Of a stretch of 64,000 nucleotides of DNA, positions 1 through 9,980 are shown piece after piece. Numbering within the stretch: position 1 is the first letter of the stretch; every line of letters begins with the position of its first letter. Origin of the DNA: Salinispira sp. (GTDB lineage Bacteria; Spirochaetota; Spirochaetia; DSM-27196; Salinispiraceae); assembly GCA_965602015.1 (NCBI GenBank), contig OZ271918.1, forward strand, positions 1,248,001 to 1,312,000. Direction: 5' to 3'. Below the pieces are notes generated by a model. The model had not been told where the DNA came from. It worked only from the letters and a program-made list of their open reading frames with translations, and did no database searches. The position numbers were made by a program, and so were the translations under genes.

Positions 1-167
1 CTTGAGCGTTCAAAACAGATCAATCAGGCCCTGGGCATACTGCTCAGCATATTACGACAGCGGAATTAGGCCCTGTTACCCGCGCTAATATTGAGCCGAT
101 TTCGTTATGACCGAGCGCCGCTGCTTGTTGGCCGCTGTCCGATGTTGGATGCCGGGCCGGCTGTGGC

Positions 168-1082
168 TTACTCCAGCTCAAATCCGTAGAGCCAGGCGAG
201 AACGTGAGGAAACCGGTCTCTCCAGGCTGCCTCATTGTGGCCTGCGCCTGGATCGATCACCAGCTGCAGATCAGTCACGCCGTAGGCCGACAGCAGGTCG
301 GCCATCTCCCGGGTGTTCTCCACATTCTCGCCGCCCTCGCCGCTGCCCATATCCAGATAAAAACGCAGTCCTGAGATGGCTGAGGGGCTTTGCTGGTAAT
401 CTCGGAGGATCGCCCGGTCATCAACCCAGATGGACGGGCTCATGGCGATGATGCTTTCAAACTCGCCTGCGAAAATGAGCACCGAGTAAAGGGATATCAG
501 GCCTCCCAGGCTGCTGCCGGCCAGTGAACTGTTTTCAGCCCCCGGAAGAATCCGGAACTCCCGTTCCGCCCATGGCTTAACGCTCATGACCACATCGATG
601 AGATACGGGATTGCCGTGGTTTCCATTCCGTTGAATGATGCGGCATAGGGGCTGTACTCGGAAACCCGGCGTTCCCCTCCGTTGGCGATTCCGACAACGA
701 TGGCGCCGTCAAATAAGCCCTTCGCCACCAGACCGTCGATGGTTTCATCCACCATCCACTCCCCGGAGTAGGCCAGATCCCGGTAAAATAGATTTTGACC
801 GTCGTGCATGTAAATAACCGGGTAAAATTTGTCCGTCTCATAGTATCCGGGAGGGGTGTATACCCAGATGTCCCGTACAGTGCCCAACTCCGGCATGGGG
901 AAATCGTCTATGAAGCGTACTTCACCGGGGTTTGCCCGCCCGGTGCCTTCCAGTTCTTCCATGAAGCTGGGCTCGGGTCTCTGACCCGGCGGGGGCGGCG
1001 GCAGGGGAGTGGTTACGCAGGATGCGACCAGGAGAATAGCGCTGAAAATCAGCACAATTAGTAACGTTGTGTTGTGCTTCAC
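168..1082 (-). CDS. Alpha/beta-hydrolase-fold esterase, probable lipoprotein
   Basis: Lipobox-like LVASC; YMHDGQN motif; GSSLGG nucleophile elbow; C-terminal GHNEAAW. Confidence 0.85.
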   Translation of the reverse strand: MKHNTTLLIVLIFSAILLVASCVTTPLPPPPPGQRPEPSFMEELEGTGRANPGEVRFIDDFPMPELGTVRDIWVYTPPGYYETDKFYPVIYMHDGQNLFYRDLAYSGEWMVDETIDGLVAKGLFDGAIVVGIANGGERRVSEYSPYAASFNGMETTAIPYLIDVVMSVKPWAEREFRILPGAENSSLAGSSLGGLISLYSVLIFAGEFESIIAMSPSIWVDDRAILRDYQQSPSAISGLRFYLDMGSGEGGENVENTREMADLLSAYGVTDLQLVIDPGAGHNEAAWRDRFPHVLAWLYGFELE

Positions 1083-1197
1083 AGAATACCATCCTTTCTG
1101 CAGGCGTGAAATTGTACCATAAACCCAGCCTGATGCAAGTTCTCACCACTGATTTATTCTGTTTGTACCCGGACAAAATAATGTCTATTCTTACATT

Positions 1198-3204
1198 ATG
1201 AAGGGCACACCAGGCCGCTGGCCAATGCCCGGCCTGACCTGGCGGGTATTCCTTGCAATGACCATTCTGTTAGTAATCATGCTCGCCCTCGTCATAGGGC
1301 AAACCTACTCTGCATATCTACGGGCCCGCAGCATATACGCTGAGCGATTCGCCGTGGATCACACGCGCCTTATGACATCCGGACTTGAGGTAAAAATCAA
1401 CGGCGACCTCCTGCTTTCACAAACCCTCGCCCTTTCTCAGATAACCCGTCAATATTTCTCCGGAAATGGTGATGAAGAACTCCGCCGCCTCTTTATCTCC
1501 GAAAGCGAAAAAGTCCGGGAGCTCAGTCCCGGCAAGCGCCTTTTTTACGCACGCCTGGCTGGCGGGGAAGTGGTGATTAATGAACCGGGACTCGATCTTT
1601 CCCATGAGCCGCGGTATTTTCTCGATCCACTGAATCCCGGCGATCGCTGGTTTTTTAGACTCATCGAAGATCAGGATGAAGAATATGAGCTGAATATTGA
1701 TACCAATCGAGTGCTATCAAGCAGCAATATCTGGATAAATGTGCCGGTTGAGGGGGAGGGAACAAGACTCGGCGTACTGGGAACCGCATTCCCTCTGGCA
1801 GATTTTACTGAGACCTTTTCCGAAACCGAGGTTCCCGGGCTCATTCCCATGGTCGTTAATAATGATGCGGTGATCATCGCTCATCCGGACTCCCGCATTG
1901 TCCAGCACAATGCCGACGTAGAACTGGCTTCCGAACGCATTCTCCTCAGCGATATTCTACAGACTCCCGACAGCCTCGGGGTGAAGATAGAAACCCTTCG
2001 CAGGAGTCCCGGAGAGATTCTTATGACAAACGGAACCTCGAACGACGGTGCGTTTGTCCTTGCGATGAGTTACATGGAAGAACTGCGGTGGTTTTTGATT
2101 TCCATGGTTATTCTCAATGAGGTGCCGCTGCCAATCGGCCGGTTGGCAACCCAACTGGTACTTGTGTACAGCGCGTTTCTCCTGGTCTTCTATGCGGTAA
2201 TCTCGATAATTATCAACCGCCTCGTGCTGCGGCCCTTATCAATTCTTCAGAATTTGGCTCTGAGGGCCGCAGACGGCGAGTATCATCTCAAGATTCCCGA
2301 CGACCTCAACGACGAAATCGGCAAGCTCGCGCAGTCATTCAGCAGTTTGCTGGCAAAGATCAGGGCTCACACTGGAAGTCTCGAACAGACCATCCACAAA
2401 CGAGAACGGGAGTTGCGCCGGGTCCAGGAACATCTGGTGGAAAACCGCCAGGCGATAACCATTGGAAATCTCATTATGGGCATGTCGCAGAAAATCAACA
2501 CTCCCCTGGGCAATGCCTTAACATCGGCCGACAGTGTGAAACAAGGCCTGACGGACATCAGGAAGGCATTCGACGATCAGACGATGACCCGTTCGTACTT
2601 CGAGCAAAAACTGACAAATGCCGGCAGGCTCACGGAAATAGTCCTCAGCGACGTTCGTCAAATTATCGACTTCATGGATGTCCTCAAGACCGTCCGTCTG
2701 GATATGGATAATAGCCGGGTCGTTCCGGTAAACCTATATTCCAGCATCTACACCCTGCTTGAAACCCTGGTATCATCCATGCCTGAACGAAAAATTGCCC
2801 GGTCAATTACTATCGACGGGAATGCAGAAATACAGACCATCGACGATGCGCTGACGGAAATGATAAATATCCTGTTGACCGGCATTCTCCTGAACTCCGA
2901 GCAGGACCGGGAGTTAAACCTGAGCATATCCCTAAATGAAACCGCCACTTCCGAGCAGTACGAACTGGTGATTACTGATAACCGCCAAGCCATGAGCGCC
3001 GAGGACATTCAGCAGGCCCTTAACCCCCTCAGTTACTCAGGCGTCCAAAATCTTGACAGCGGGAGTTTCTCCATCCAGTTGTTCAGGGCAAACCTCATCC
3101 TCAAAGCAGTGCTTCAAGGCAGTATGGACATTCAGACTGCGGCGAAGGACGGCAACGTGATCCGCATCACATTGCCAAAAAAGATCAGTAAAATACCGCG
3201 CTGA
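1198..3204 (+). CDS. Membrane sensor histidine-kinase-like protein (periplasmic Cache-like domain, HAMP, degenerate HisKA/HATPase)
   Basis: Two TM segments; HAMP (DEIGKLAQSF); H-box-like SQKINTPLG lacking the His; degenerate G boxes. Confidence 0.75.
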   Translation: MKGTPGRWPMPGLTWRVFLAMTILLVIMLALVIGQTYSAYLRARSIYAERFAVDHTRLMTSGLEVKINGDLLLSQTLALSQITRQYFSGNGDEELRRLFISESEKVRELSPGKRLFYARLAGGEVVINEPGLDLSHEPRYFLDPLNPGDRWFFRLIEDQDEEYELNIDTNRVLSSSNIWINVPVEGEGTRLGVLGTAFPLADFTETFSETEVPGLIPMVVNNDAVIIAHPDSRIVQHNADVELASERILLSDILQTPDSLGVKIETLRRSPGEILMTNGTSNDGAFVLAMSYMEELRWFLISMVILNEVPLPIGRLATQLVLVYSAFLLVFYAVISIIINRLVLRPLSILQNLALRAADGEYHLKIPDDLNDEIGKLAQSFSSLLAKIRAHTGSLEQTIHKRERELRRVQEHLVENRQAITIGNLIMGMSQKINTPLGNALTSADSVKQGLTDIRKAFDDQTMTRSYFEQKLTNAGRLTEIVLSDVRQIIDFMDVLKTVRLDMDNSRVVPVNLYSSIYTLLETLVSSMPERKIARSITIDGNAEIQTIDDALTEMINILLTGILLNSEQDRELNLSISLNETATSEQYELVITDNRQAMSAEDIQQALNPLSYSGVQNLDSGSFSIQLFRANLILKAVLQGSMDIQTAAKDGNVIRITLPKKISKIPR

Positions 3205-3231
3205 AAGACGTAAAATGACCGGGAGTCGGTT

Positions 3232-4626
3232 TTAATCAGTCAGCCGATCCGTAACGGTAAAATCAAAATCACAGATATCATCCCCGGAGGCAATGGTCTG
3301 CGGGCGCTTCATGCTGATCAACGGCTGGCGTTCCTTGAAGAATGCCCCGTCGGCCGCGCAAAACGCGGCGGCCAGTTCAGGGTGCCCGAGTACATGGCAG
3401 AGCTCGACGAATCGGCAACGGGTAACCAGGTAGCGCAGCCGGGGGTATTGCACCTTGTCCAGTACATAATCGGTATTGGGAAAACGGTCCACCATGGAGA
3501 TGACCCTTTGCCTGAGCTCCCCCTGGGGTCGGGAAAAGAAATCCGGATCCATTGGCGGAATGCTGTCGCTCAGAAAGCGCATTGCCGAGTGATATATGAT
3601 CCCCCGGATTGCCTCCAGGGCCTCTTGTTGCGGAAGGCGGCGGAGCAGTTGGCGGTACATAAGCACAGCGTCGCCGATGAGCGCCCTGGACTGTCTGTCT
3701 TTCCTGTTCTTCGGGCGAGGAAGCTTCCGCCACGGTCGGCCGAGAATCGATTGAAGGATCATGGAAAGCACGACGGGAATCCACAAGCCCGCGGATATTG
3801 CGCTCTTCCCCATGGCCTTCAAGGCGGCCAAGCGGATGCGTATCCATCGGGATGCCGATGTGAGCCGCCGCCGGTCGCCGACCCGGTCCATATTGAGCTG
3901 ACCGAGCAGGACGGAAAAAAGACCCAGGGTCATAATAATAGAAGACGCCAGGGTGAGGGCGTCCAGGGCGAAATCCCAGCCTCCGGCCCTTGATGCCTGC
4001 CGGATTCCCGTGATGAACAGTCGGAGTTGGAATGCCGAACCGTAGGCCGCCCCCTGAATAACAAGCAGAAGGGCGAGGCGGCGAAAGCCGAGAAAACTCA
4101 TTACCACAATGGGTATTGCCACCGAGAGAGCCTGGTATGTCTGCACCAGCCGCGGCCGTGCGAAAACCCTTCGCGCCAAAACAGCGCCGTCCAAAAGACC
4201 GTAATCCATGACGGCGAGAATCATCCCGACGAAAAACAGCAGGTTGATGTAGGCCAGGGTTCCGGCCCGGCGCTCAAGCGGCGGAGCCATGACAGCTTCT
4301 CCGATGTGCGGCCTGCTAAATCTCTGCATCAGCTCAAGAATAAAGCCGGTATTCATGTAGGCGAGCATTACAAACCAGCCTGCGTCGACCCAGGATATCT
4401 GAAGGAAGGCCAATACCTGCGCCCATCCCGAACCCTGGAGAAGGCGGATTCCCCGGGAGAGCATAAACAGTTCAATGACGCTATTGGCGGCCCCGGCCAG
4501 ATGGAACAGGCCAAGAGCCTTCCAGCGACCCCGGCGTATCAGGAGAATGTGCATGAGAACGACCAGCACTGTGGTTCCCACAAGTCCGTCGTAGCTGATA
4601 AGGCGGTTCATTTCTATGACATTCAT
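3232..4626 (-). CDS. Multi-pass membrane protein with C-terminal L-2-amino-thiazoline-4-carboxylic acid hydrolase-like domain
   Basis: Hydrophobic N-terminal half; C-terminal VTRCRFVE...FCAAD...RPQTIASGDDICDFDF Cys pattern. Confidence 0.65.
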   Translation of the reverse strand: MNVIEMNRLISYDGLVGTTVLVVLMHILLIRRGRWKALGLFHLAGAANSVIELFMLSRGIRLLQGSGWAQVLAFLQISWVDAGWFVMLAYMNTGFILELMQRFSRPHIGEAVMAPPLERRAGTLAYINLLFFVGMILAVMDYGLLDGAVLARRVFARPRLVQTYQALSVAIPIVVMSFLGFRRLALLLVIQGAAYGSAFQLRLFITGIRQASRAGGWDFALDALTLASSIIMTLGLFSVLLGQLNMDRVGDRRRLTSASRWIRIRLAALKAMGKSAISAGLWIPVVLSMILQSILGRPWRKLPRPKNRKDRQSRALIGDAVLMYRQLLRRLPQQEALEAIRGIIYHSAMRFLSDSIPPMDPDFFSRPQGELRQRVISMVDRFPNTDYVLDKVQYPRLRYLVTRCRFVELCHVLGHPELAAAFCAADGAFFKERQPLISMKRPQTIASGDDICDFDFTVTDRLTD

Positions 4627-4683
4627 ACTCAGATTCTATCAGCAGGTCTTGTATGCTGGCAAAGCCAAATCAGCGTTGATGAA

Positions 4684-5145
4684 CTAATTACTTGATATTT
4701 TTCCAGCGGCCTTTTGCTCCTTTCGCCGGCGGACTATTCTCCGGTTTACCGCCTCCATCAGGTAAATGCTGAGAAGGATGGACAGGTTGGCCAGAATTAT
4801 TTCTCCAATATACAGATCGGAGGTGAGGGTGGAGTTGAGTACGCCTAAAATTATCGAAACAAAGAGGTAGGTCATTTCCTTCATCGCGATTGGGCGGGTT
4901 CTGTAACGGAGAACCGACAATACGGCAAATATTCCGAAGGCAAAGGCAGTATTCATCTGAACCTTGCTGAGAAAACTGGCGGTAAAAAAAATGACCACAT
5001 TAAACACCACAAAGCTGAAAAAACTCGTGCGCCGACGGCTGTGACGGAAAAAAATGAGAAACACCAGAACGGAAATTGCCGCGGCGTTGATTCCAAGACG
5101 CTGTAAGAGGGTGAGTATGTAGGGGTCGCTGTAAAAGCTGTTCAT
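4684..5145 (-). CDS. DUF4956 family membrane protein
   Basis: AFGIFAVLSVLRYRT...KEMTYLF signature; start moved to ATG at 5145 (MNSFYSDPY) behind AAGGAG. Confidence 0.8.
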   Translation of the reverse strand: MNSFYSDPYILTLLQRLGINAAAISVLVFLIFFRHSRRRTSFFSFVVFNVVIFFTASFLSKVQMNTAFAFGIFAVLSVLRYRTRPIAMKEMTYLFVSIILGVLNSTLTSDLYIGEIILANLSILLSIYLMEAVNRRIVRRRKEQKAAGKISSN

Positions 5146-5266
5146 AGGGTACAAGCTCTCCTTATGTATTGTCGGGCATAAATCGTCGGTAGAGCGATGC
5201 CGGCCGCGCCCGGGCAGTCGTCCCAGGTTTTCCGCGCTGGATTGGCGGATCTCTGACCAGTGGAAG

Positions 5267-6832
5267 TCAGTCGGCGCCTGGCAGGTCGGGGTATTCCCGG
5301 GCAAGGTCTTCCCTGGCGCTTTCGATGCGGGTCTGGAAAAAGTTCACCCCCCCGTCATCCCCGCCGAAACCGAGACGGTAGTGGCGGTAGCGCGACCAGT
5401 CGGCGGTCCGGTCGGATATCTCCACATTGTCCCCAGTATCGTTTTCCACAAAGGGGAGTACGGCGTCTATCCAGGAAGTGCTGCGGTCAAGCAGGGACTC
5501 CGGCTGGTATAGTGCGTCCGGGCCGTCGATCAGCTCATAAAGAAGCTCGGCATAGCGCCTTTGAAACTCGGGCACCTGGAGGACCCGCTGGATGAGGGGC
5601 CTCGAGCCCTCTTCGACACCCTCCGGCTGGAAAACATCGACGGTTCCCGGGTCTGCCATCACCGAGGTTCCGAAACTGTTGTCCAGATCGTAGGGAATAA
5701 AATGCCACCGGTTTTCTTCATCATTGTACAGGTAGTAATTGTTCTGGTTGAGCCAGTAATCGTCCCAGCTGCCTATCATAATGCCCAGGGCGCTGGCCCT
5801 CAGCAGGGATTCCAGTTCGAGGTGGCGCCGGGCCCAGGCAGGGAACTGTTCATCGTTAACGGTATTCAACTGCCCGATAAACTCGCTGAATTCTGCAGCC
5901 GCCCGTTCCAGTTCATCTTTGTTGGTTTTTAGGTCGTACGGGAATGATATGCCGCTGTCAGGATCTTCAAGGCCCATTTTGGAACGGGGCGAATCTTCAA
6001 CCAGCGGGGAGGGCCACAGACACTTCCACAAATCGCCGTCATCGTTTCGCCCGAACCGGTCCATAAGCAGCTCCTTTTCAAAAGCTTCCATGAGCTGATA
6101 CACCCCGTGGTATGATATTCGCTCATCTCCCGATATCAATATATAGAGTCTGACATGGGTGCTCCGTTGAACCGTCTCAACGCCGAAATCCCGCATGAGG
6201 CTCAAAGCGAGCCGCTCGCGCACATAACTGGGGTCGCCGTTTGCCCGTTTGAGAATAAGACTCTCCTGCCCGAAAAACTGCCGGTCTTGCTGGTAATCGA
6301 TTTTTATCCGGTAATGAGCCTGGTTGAATTGGGGGTTAAGCGGGTCGTGGAATCGCGACTGCTCGGGACGGACCCTGCTGAATGTGTTGCCCCGCAGGCG
6401 CAGCCCCGCATTCTCCACACGCCATGACGAGTCACCTGAACGGAAGTACATGTCCCCTTGGACGTAGCGTTCGTTCATGGGGTTTTGGTCATAGTACGCG
6501 AGAAGATCGTTCCACTGATCAACATCGATTACCAAAAGAATGTCCCGCAGCTCGCCCGGATCAGTAAAGCCGCCGGTCTGAAACAGGAAGTCCGATGGAG
6601 CGTTCATAAGCTCGTCTGCAGAGCCCGGCGAAGCGCCGAGGAAGCTCCGGACCATTTCCCCAACCTCAGGGCGTTCATCGGCGTCGGTGAATCCCGTACG
6701 GGAAGCGCAGCCGGCAGAAAGATAGAGCATTGCGATAAAAATCATGTATCCCGTCAGCCTGCGGCCAGTCATAGCTTCTGCTCCTGCATGTATTGCACCC
6801 ATAGTATTATGAAACCACATCGTCAGCAACAA
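5267..6832 (-). CDS. CotH kinase family protein, probable lipoprotein
   Basis: GLRLRGNTFSR; WDDY...NNYYLY; FIPYDLDNSFG motifs; LSAGC lipobox-like (true start probably later than 6832). Confidence 0.85.
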   Translation of the reverse strand: MLLTMWFHNTMGAIHAGAEAMTGRRLTGYMIFIAMLYLSAGCASRTGFTDADERPEVGEMVRSFLGASPGSADELMNAPSDFLFQTGGFTDPGELRDILLVIDVDQWNDLLAYYDQNPMNERYVQGDMYFRSGDSSWRVENAGLRLRGNTFSRVRPEQSRFHDPLNPQFNQAHYRIKIDYQQDRQFFGQESLILKRANGDPSYVRERLALSLMRDFGVETVQRSTHVRLYILISGDERISYHGVYQLMEAFEKELLMDRFGRNDDGDLWKCLWPSPLVEDSPRSKMGLEDPDSGISFPYDLKTNKDELERAAAEFSEFIGQLNTVNDEQFPAWARRHLELESLLRASALGIMIGSWDDYWLNQNNYYLYNDEENRWHFIPYDLDNSFGTSVMADPGTVDVFQPEGVEEGSRPLIQRVLQVPEFQRRYAELLYELIDGPDALYQPESLLDRSTSWIDAVLPFVENDTGDNVEISDRTADWSRYRHYRLGFGGDDGGVNFFQTRIESAREDLAREYPDLPGAD

Positions 6833-6979
6833 GGCGTTCTCCCTTAACAGCGGGACTAATCGGAAGTAGTATGCAAAACAGGAGGCCCGCCCTTTCTCAC
6901 ATTCGGGTAAAAGCGCGGGCTGTGCAGCTTTATGGATATTTCCCTGATTCTCTATTAGGCTTATGGGGAGAGGTACGCC

Positions 6980-8395
6980 ATGGATGCCACCGCCTTAGTC
7001 AAATATCCCGCAGGAGCTATCCTTTTCGCCGAAGGCGATGAATCGCGGGATCTGTATATAATACGATCGGGAAGCGTGCAGATCTTTAAAACCCAAAGCG
7101 GGAAAAATATCCCCATAGCCCGGCTGGGACCCGGCTCCATGCTGGGTGAAATGGCTTTTATCTCGGCCCTGCCCAGGTCAGCCTCGGCAAAGGCGGAAGA
7201 GGAAGTGACGGTGAGCCGCATTTCCATCGATGTTCTCGCCAGCGATGCGTTCAGCGTTAATGAATGGGCAGTCAATATAGCCCGGGTCATTGCCGACAGG
7301 ATTAGGCGTACCACCGACCTGATTTCCGATTACAAAACCCATATCCCGGAAAACAGCGACGGCGGCGACGAACGCATGGAGAACCCCGACGACTTCTCGT
7401 TAAAAGACGACATCGTCGAGAAGCGCGGCCATTTGCGATTAAAAGGCTATTTCAACGGCACCCACCTCAACCGGATGAAGGAATCATTGCGAAGCTTGTC
7501 GGTAAAGGGATGCACCCGGGTTGTCATCGACTTTGCCGAGGTTCCCGATGTTGACAAGCAGGTGCTGGATTTTCTCCATCAGCTATCCGGTGACCACCTT
7601 TTCTATAACATGGAAATATCCATCGTAAATGTTCAGCTTATCAGAAGCAAAATCCTCTCCATCGAGGGAATAGAAAAACTGGTTTACAAGGCCCAGCTTC
7701 CCCTCAAGCGGGTCGCACAGCACGATTACCTGATCCGTCAGGACGAGCCCGGTGGGGATATGTATGTGGTTAAAACCGGCGCCATGAAAATTACCCGGAC
7801 TGTGGACGACCGGGAAATCGTTCTCGGTCACGTTGAAGCCGGTGGGGTGATTGGTGAAATGAACCTCATCGATAATGGGATACGTTCGGCAAACGTCATC
7901 GCCGAGCATGTCACCGTGGTCTACCAGGTAAGCGTCGACGAGTTTTACAAGAACACCTACAATATCCCCCGCTGGTTTATGGAGATGATCAGGGTGCTGG
8001 TATTCAGGCTCCGCCAGACCAACGAGATGCTCGAACGGGCAGTGCGCCGTCAATACCGCGAGGAGCCCCAATCGGAAGTTCACGTGGACAATCCGATTTC
8101 GGTGTATATCGATACCGCAAGGCCCGGTCATATTGCCGTGTCGGGACACTTGGTGAGGGCAAACCTGGAGTATCTCTCGGGAATCGTCAATCTGCTGATA
8201 AAAAAAGGCAATCAGGTAATCAGCATCGAAATCGATGCCTGCAAATCCATCGACTACCCGTGCATTCGATACCTCCTCCAACTGTTCGTCTATTTGCAAA
8301 AACGCGGCGGGGTTCTGCAGATCCCCGGCGCCAAGAAGGAAGTCCTCCTGCTATTCAAACAGTATGATATAGATCTGCCCGAGGTCTCTAAATGA
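6980..8395 (+). CDS. Tandem cNMP-binding + STAS-like domain protein (cNMP-STAS-cNMP-STAS)
   Basis: Two cNMP cassettes (GEMAFISALPRSASA; GEMNLIDNGIRSANV), each followed by a STAS-like segment (VVIDFAEVPDVD; IEIDACKSIDYP). Confidence 0.75.
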   Translation: MDATALVKYPAGAILFAEGDESRDLYIIRSGSVQIFKTQSGKNIPIARLGPGSMLGEMAFISALPRSASAKAEEEVTVSRISIDVLASDAFSVNEWAVNIARVIADRIRRTTDLISDYKTHIPENSDGGDERMENPDDFSLKDDIVEKRGHLRLKGYFNGTHLNRMKESLRSLSVKGCTRVVIDFAEVPDVDKQVLDFLHQLSGDHLFYNMEISIVNVQLIRSKILSIEGIEKLVYKAQLPLKRVAQHDYLIRQDEPGGDMYVVKTGAMKITRTVDDREIVLGHVEAGGVIGEMNLIDNGIRSANVIAEHVTVVYQVSVDEFYKNTYNIPRWFMEMIRVLVFRLRQTNEMLERAVRRQYREEPQSEVHVDNPISVYIDTARPGHIAVSGHLVRANLEYLSGIVNLLIKKGNQVISIEIDACKSIDYPCIRYLLQLFVYLQKRGGVLQIPGAKKEVLLLFKQYDIDLPEVSK

Positions 8396-8419
8396 TGGGA
8401 AAGCTCTGATGGGTTGGGC

Positions 8420-8953
8420 TTACTGCTTACTGTAGAATCGGTATCCGAATGAAATGGGGAGGGCGATCCAATACCTGGGCAGCAGGCTGGTGCCGCCGGC
8501 TACTATTTGCCAGTATTCCACAGCTATGCCGGCATACAATCTTTGCTTTTCAAATAAGTAGTACCGTAAACCTGCCGTCGCACCTAAATATGCGCTAGAA
8601 AAAGCGGATTGGAGCAGATGGGCGTCTGTTAATATCCCCGCCCCAACCAGCTGGCTGAGCCTTCTGTTTGGTAAGAAGGTGTAAGACGCTTCTAAGGCTA
8701 TAGTCGTGGCGGGTCCGGGATTCGCGCTCCCAATGACGGCTATATTCTTAGCTTGATAGCTAAGGGCAAATCCTAATGTGCCCATGATGTCCTGCTCAGG
8801 GCCAAATCGGTCATCGAATAGAATAGTCAACCCGCTGCCCTCAAGGCCAAGCGAATATTCCGCATGTATGTAAGCAGTACTAAAAAGGACGATAAAAAAA
8901 AGTGACACCGGAGCGACTCTGCGTTTCATAATTATTCTCCCGATGGAATTCAC
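8420..8953 (-). CDS. Hypothetical exported protein, possible small outer-membrane beta-barrel
   Basis: Signal peptide; amphipathic beta strands (AGLRYY, ISFGYRF). Confidence 0.55.
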   Translation of the reverse strand: MNSIGRIIMKRRVAPVSLFFIVLFSTAYIHAEYSLGLEGSGLTILFDDRFGPEQDIMGTLGFALSYQAKNIAVIGSANPGPATTIALEASYTFLPNRRLSQLVGAGILTDAHLLQSAFSSAYLGATAGLRYYLFEKQRLYAGIAVEYWQIVAGGTSLLPRYWIALPISFGYRFYSKQ

Positions 8954-9936
8954 CGCTCATGCGGATAGCGCACGCCGATTTGGGAACGGATTTCATCCAT
9001 GACGTTCATGACCGCTATTGTCGAAGACATGGGCCATGTGTCGCTTTCGGTTTTTCCCTCAGCGATGCAGGCTTCAGCCTCCGCCGCCTGGTATTGCATT
9101 CCGCGGCCGGAGATTTTTTCATCATAGCGCTCAATAAGATTGCCGGCGGTATCGAAGTGGTTGACCGCCGTCTGGTTGTACCAGGTTTTTTCCAGCTCCA
9201 GCCGACCGGCTTCTCCCGCGACCATCGCCCGGTTTGAACCGGCCACTTGGCTTCCGCAGTGGAGCACTGCCTGGGCTCCGCCGTGGTAGCTCAGGGTCAT
9301 AGCCGTCGAGATGTCAGTGCCAAAATCGCTGAGTTCCGCCTGGGCCATGATCTTTTTCGGACTGCCGAAGAGCATATGGGCAAAGGAGAGGGTATACACC
9401 CCCAGATCCAAAAGCGCTCCGCCCCCCAGCTCCGGCTCGTACAGCCTGGCGGCCCGCTCGTAGGGTATATGCTGATTATGCCCCGCCATGGCGACAAGCG
9501 GCGTACCAATGGCGCCCGATCGAATCTTCTCCAAGACCCATTTCATGGAGGGAAGGAATCGGCTCCACATGGCTTCCATGATAAACAACCCCCGATTGGC
9601 CGCCTGTTCTTTGAGGCTTTGAGCCTGAGCTGCATCGAGGGTAAAGGCCTTCTCCACCAGCACGTGTTTACCGTTATCAAGGGCAAGGGAGGCATGTTCG
9701 TAGTGATGCGAATGGGGGGTGGCGACATAAATGATGTCGACCTCGCTAGAGGCGCAAAGTTCCTCATAGCTTCCAAAACTGTGGGGAATGGAATACTGGG
9801 CGCAGAAGTTTTCCGATTTTTCCTTGCTGCGGGAACCCACGGCGCGCACCGATCTACCGCTTGCCATGAGGTCGCGGGTCTGCATATGGGCAATGCCCCC
9901 GGTGGCCAGGATGCCCCATCTGATTTTTGTGCTCAT
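8950..9936 (-). CDS. Gfo/Idh/MocA family oxidoreductase
   Basis: IRWGILATGGIA; YVATPHSHH; KHVLVEKAF; GGGALLDLGVY. Confidence 0.92.
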   Translation of the reverse strand: MSTKIRWGILATGGIAHMQTRDLMASGRSVRAVGSRSKEKSENFCAQYSIPHSFGSYEELCASSEVDIIYVATPHSHHYEHASLALDNGKHVLVEKAFTLDAAQAQSLKEQAANRGLFIMEAMWSRFLPSMKWVLEKIRSGAIGTPLVAMAGHNQHIPYERAARLYEPELGGGALLDLGVYTLSFAHMLFGSPKKIMAQAELSDFGTDISTAMTLSYHGGAQAVLHCGSQVAGSNRAMVAGEAGRLELEKTWYNQTAVNHFDTAGNLIERYDEKISGRGMQYQAAEAEACIAEGKTESDTWPMSSTIAVMNVMDEIRSQIGVRYPHER

Positions 9937-9980
9937 ACCGGTAATTCTACACGTTCGGTGGACCGAATAGCCAGAGAAAA

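Noticed and set aside
6884..6920. GCCCGC...GCGGGC hairpin in a divergent intergenic region
   Set aside because: Imperfect stem with no U-tract; function cannot be supported
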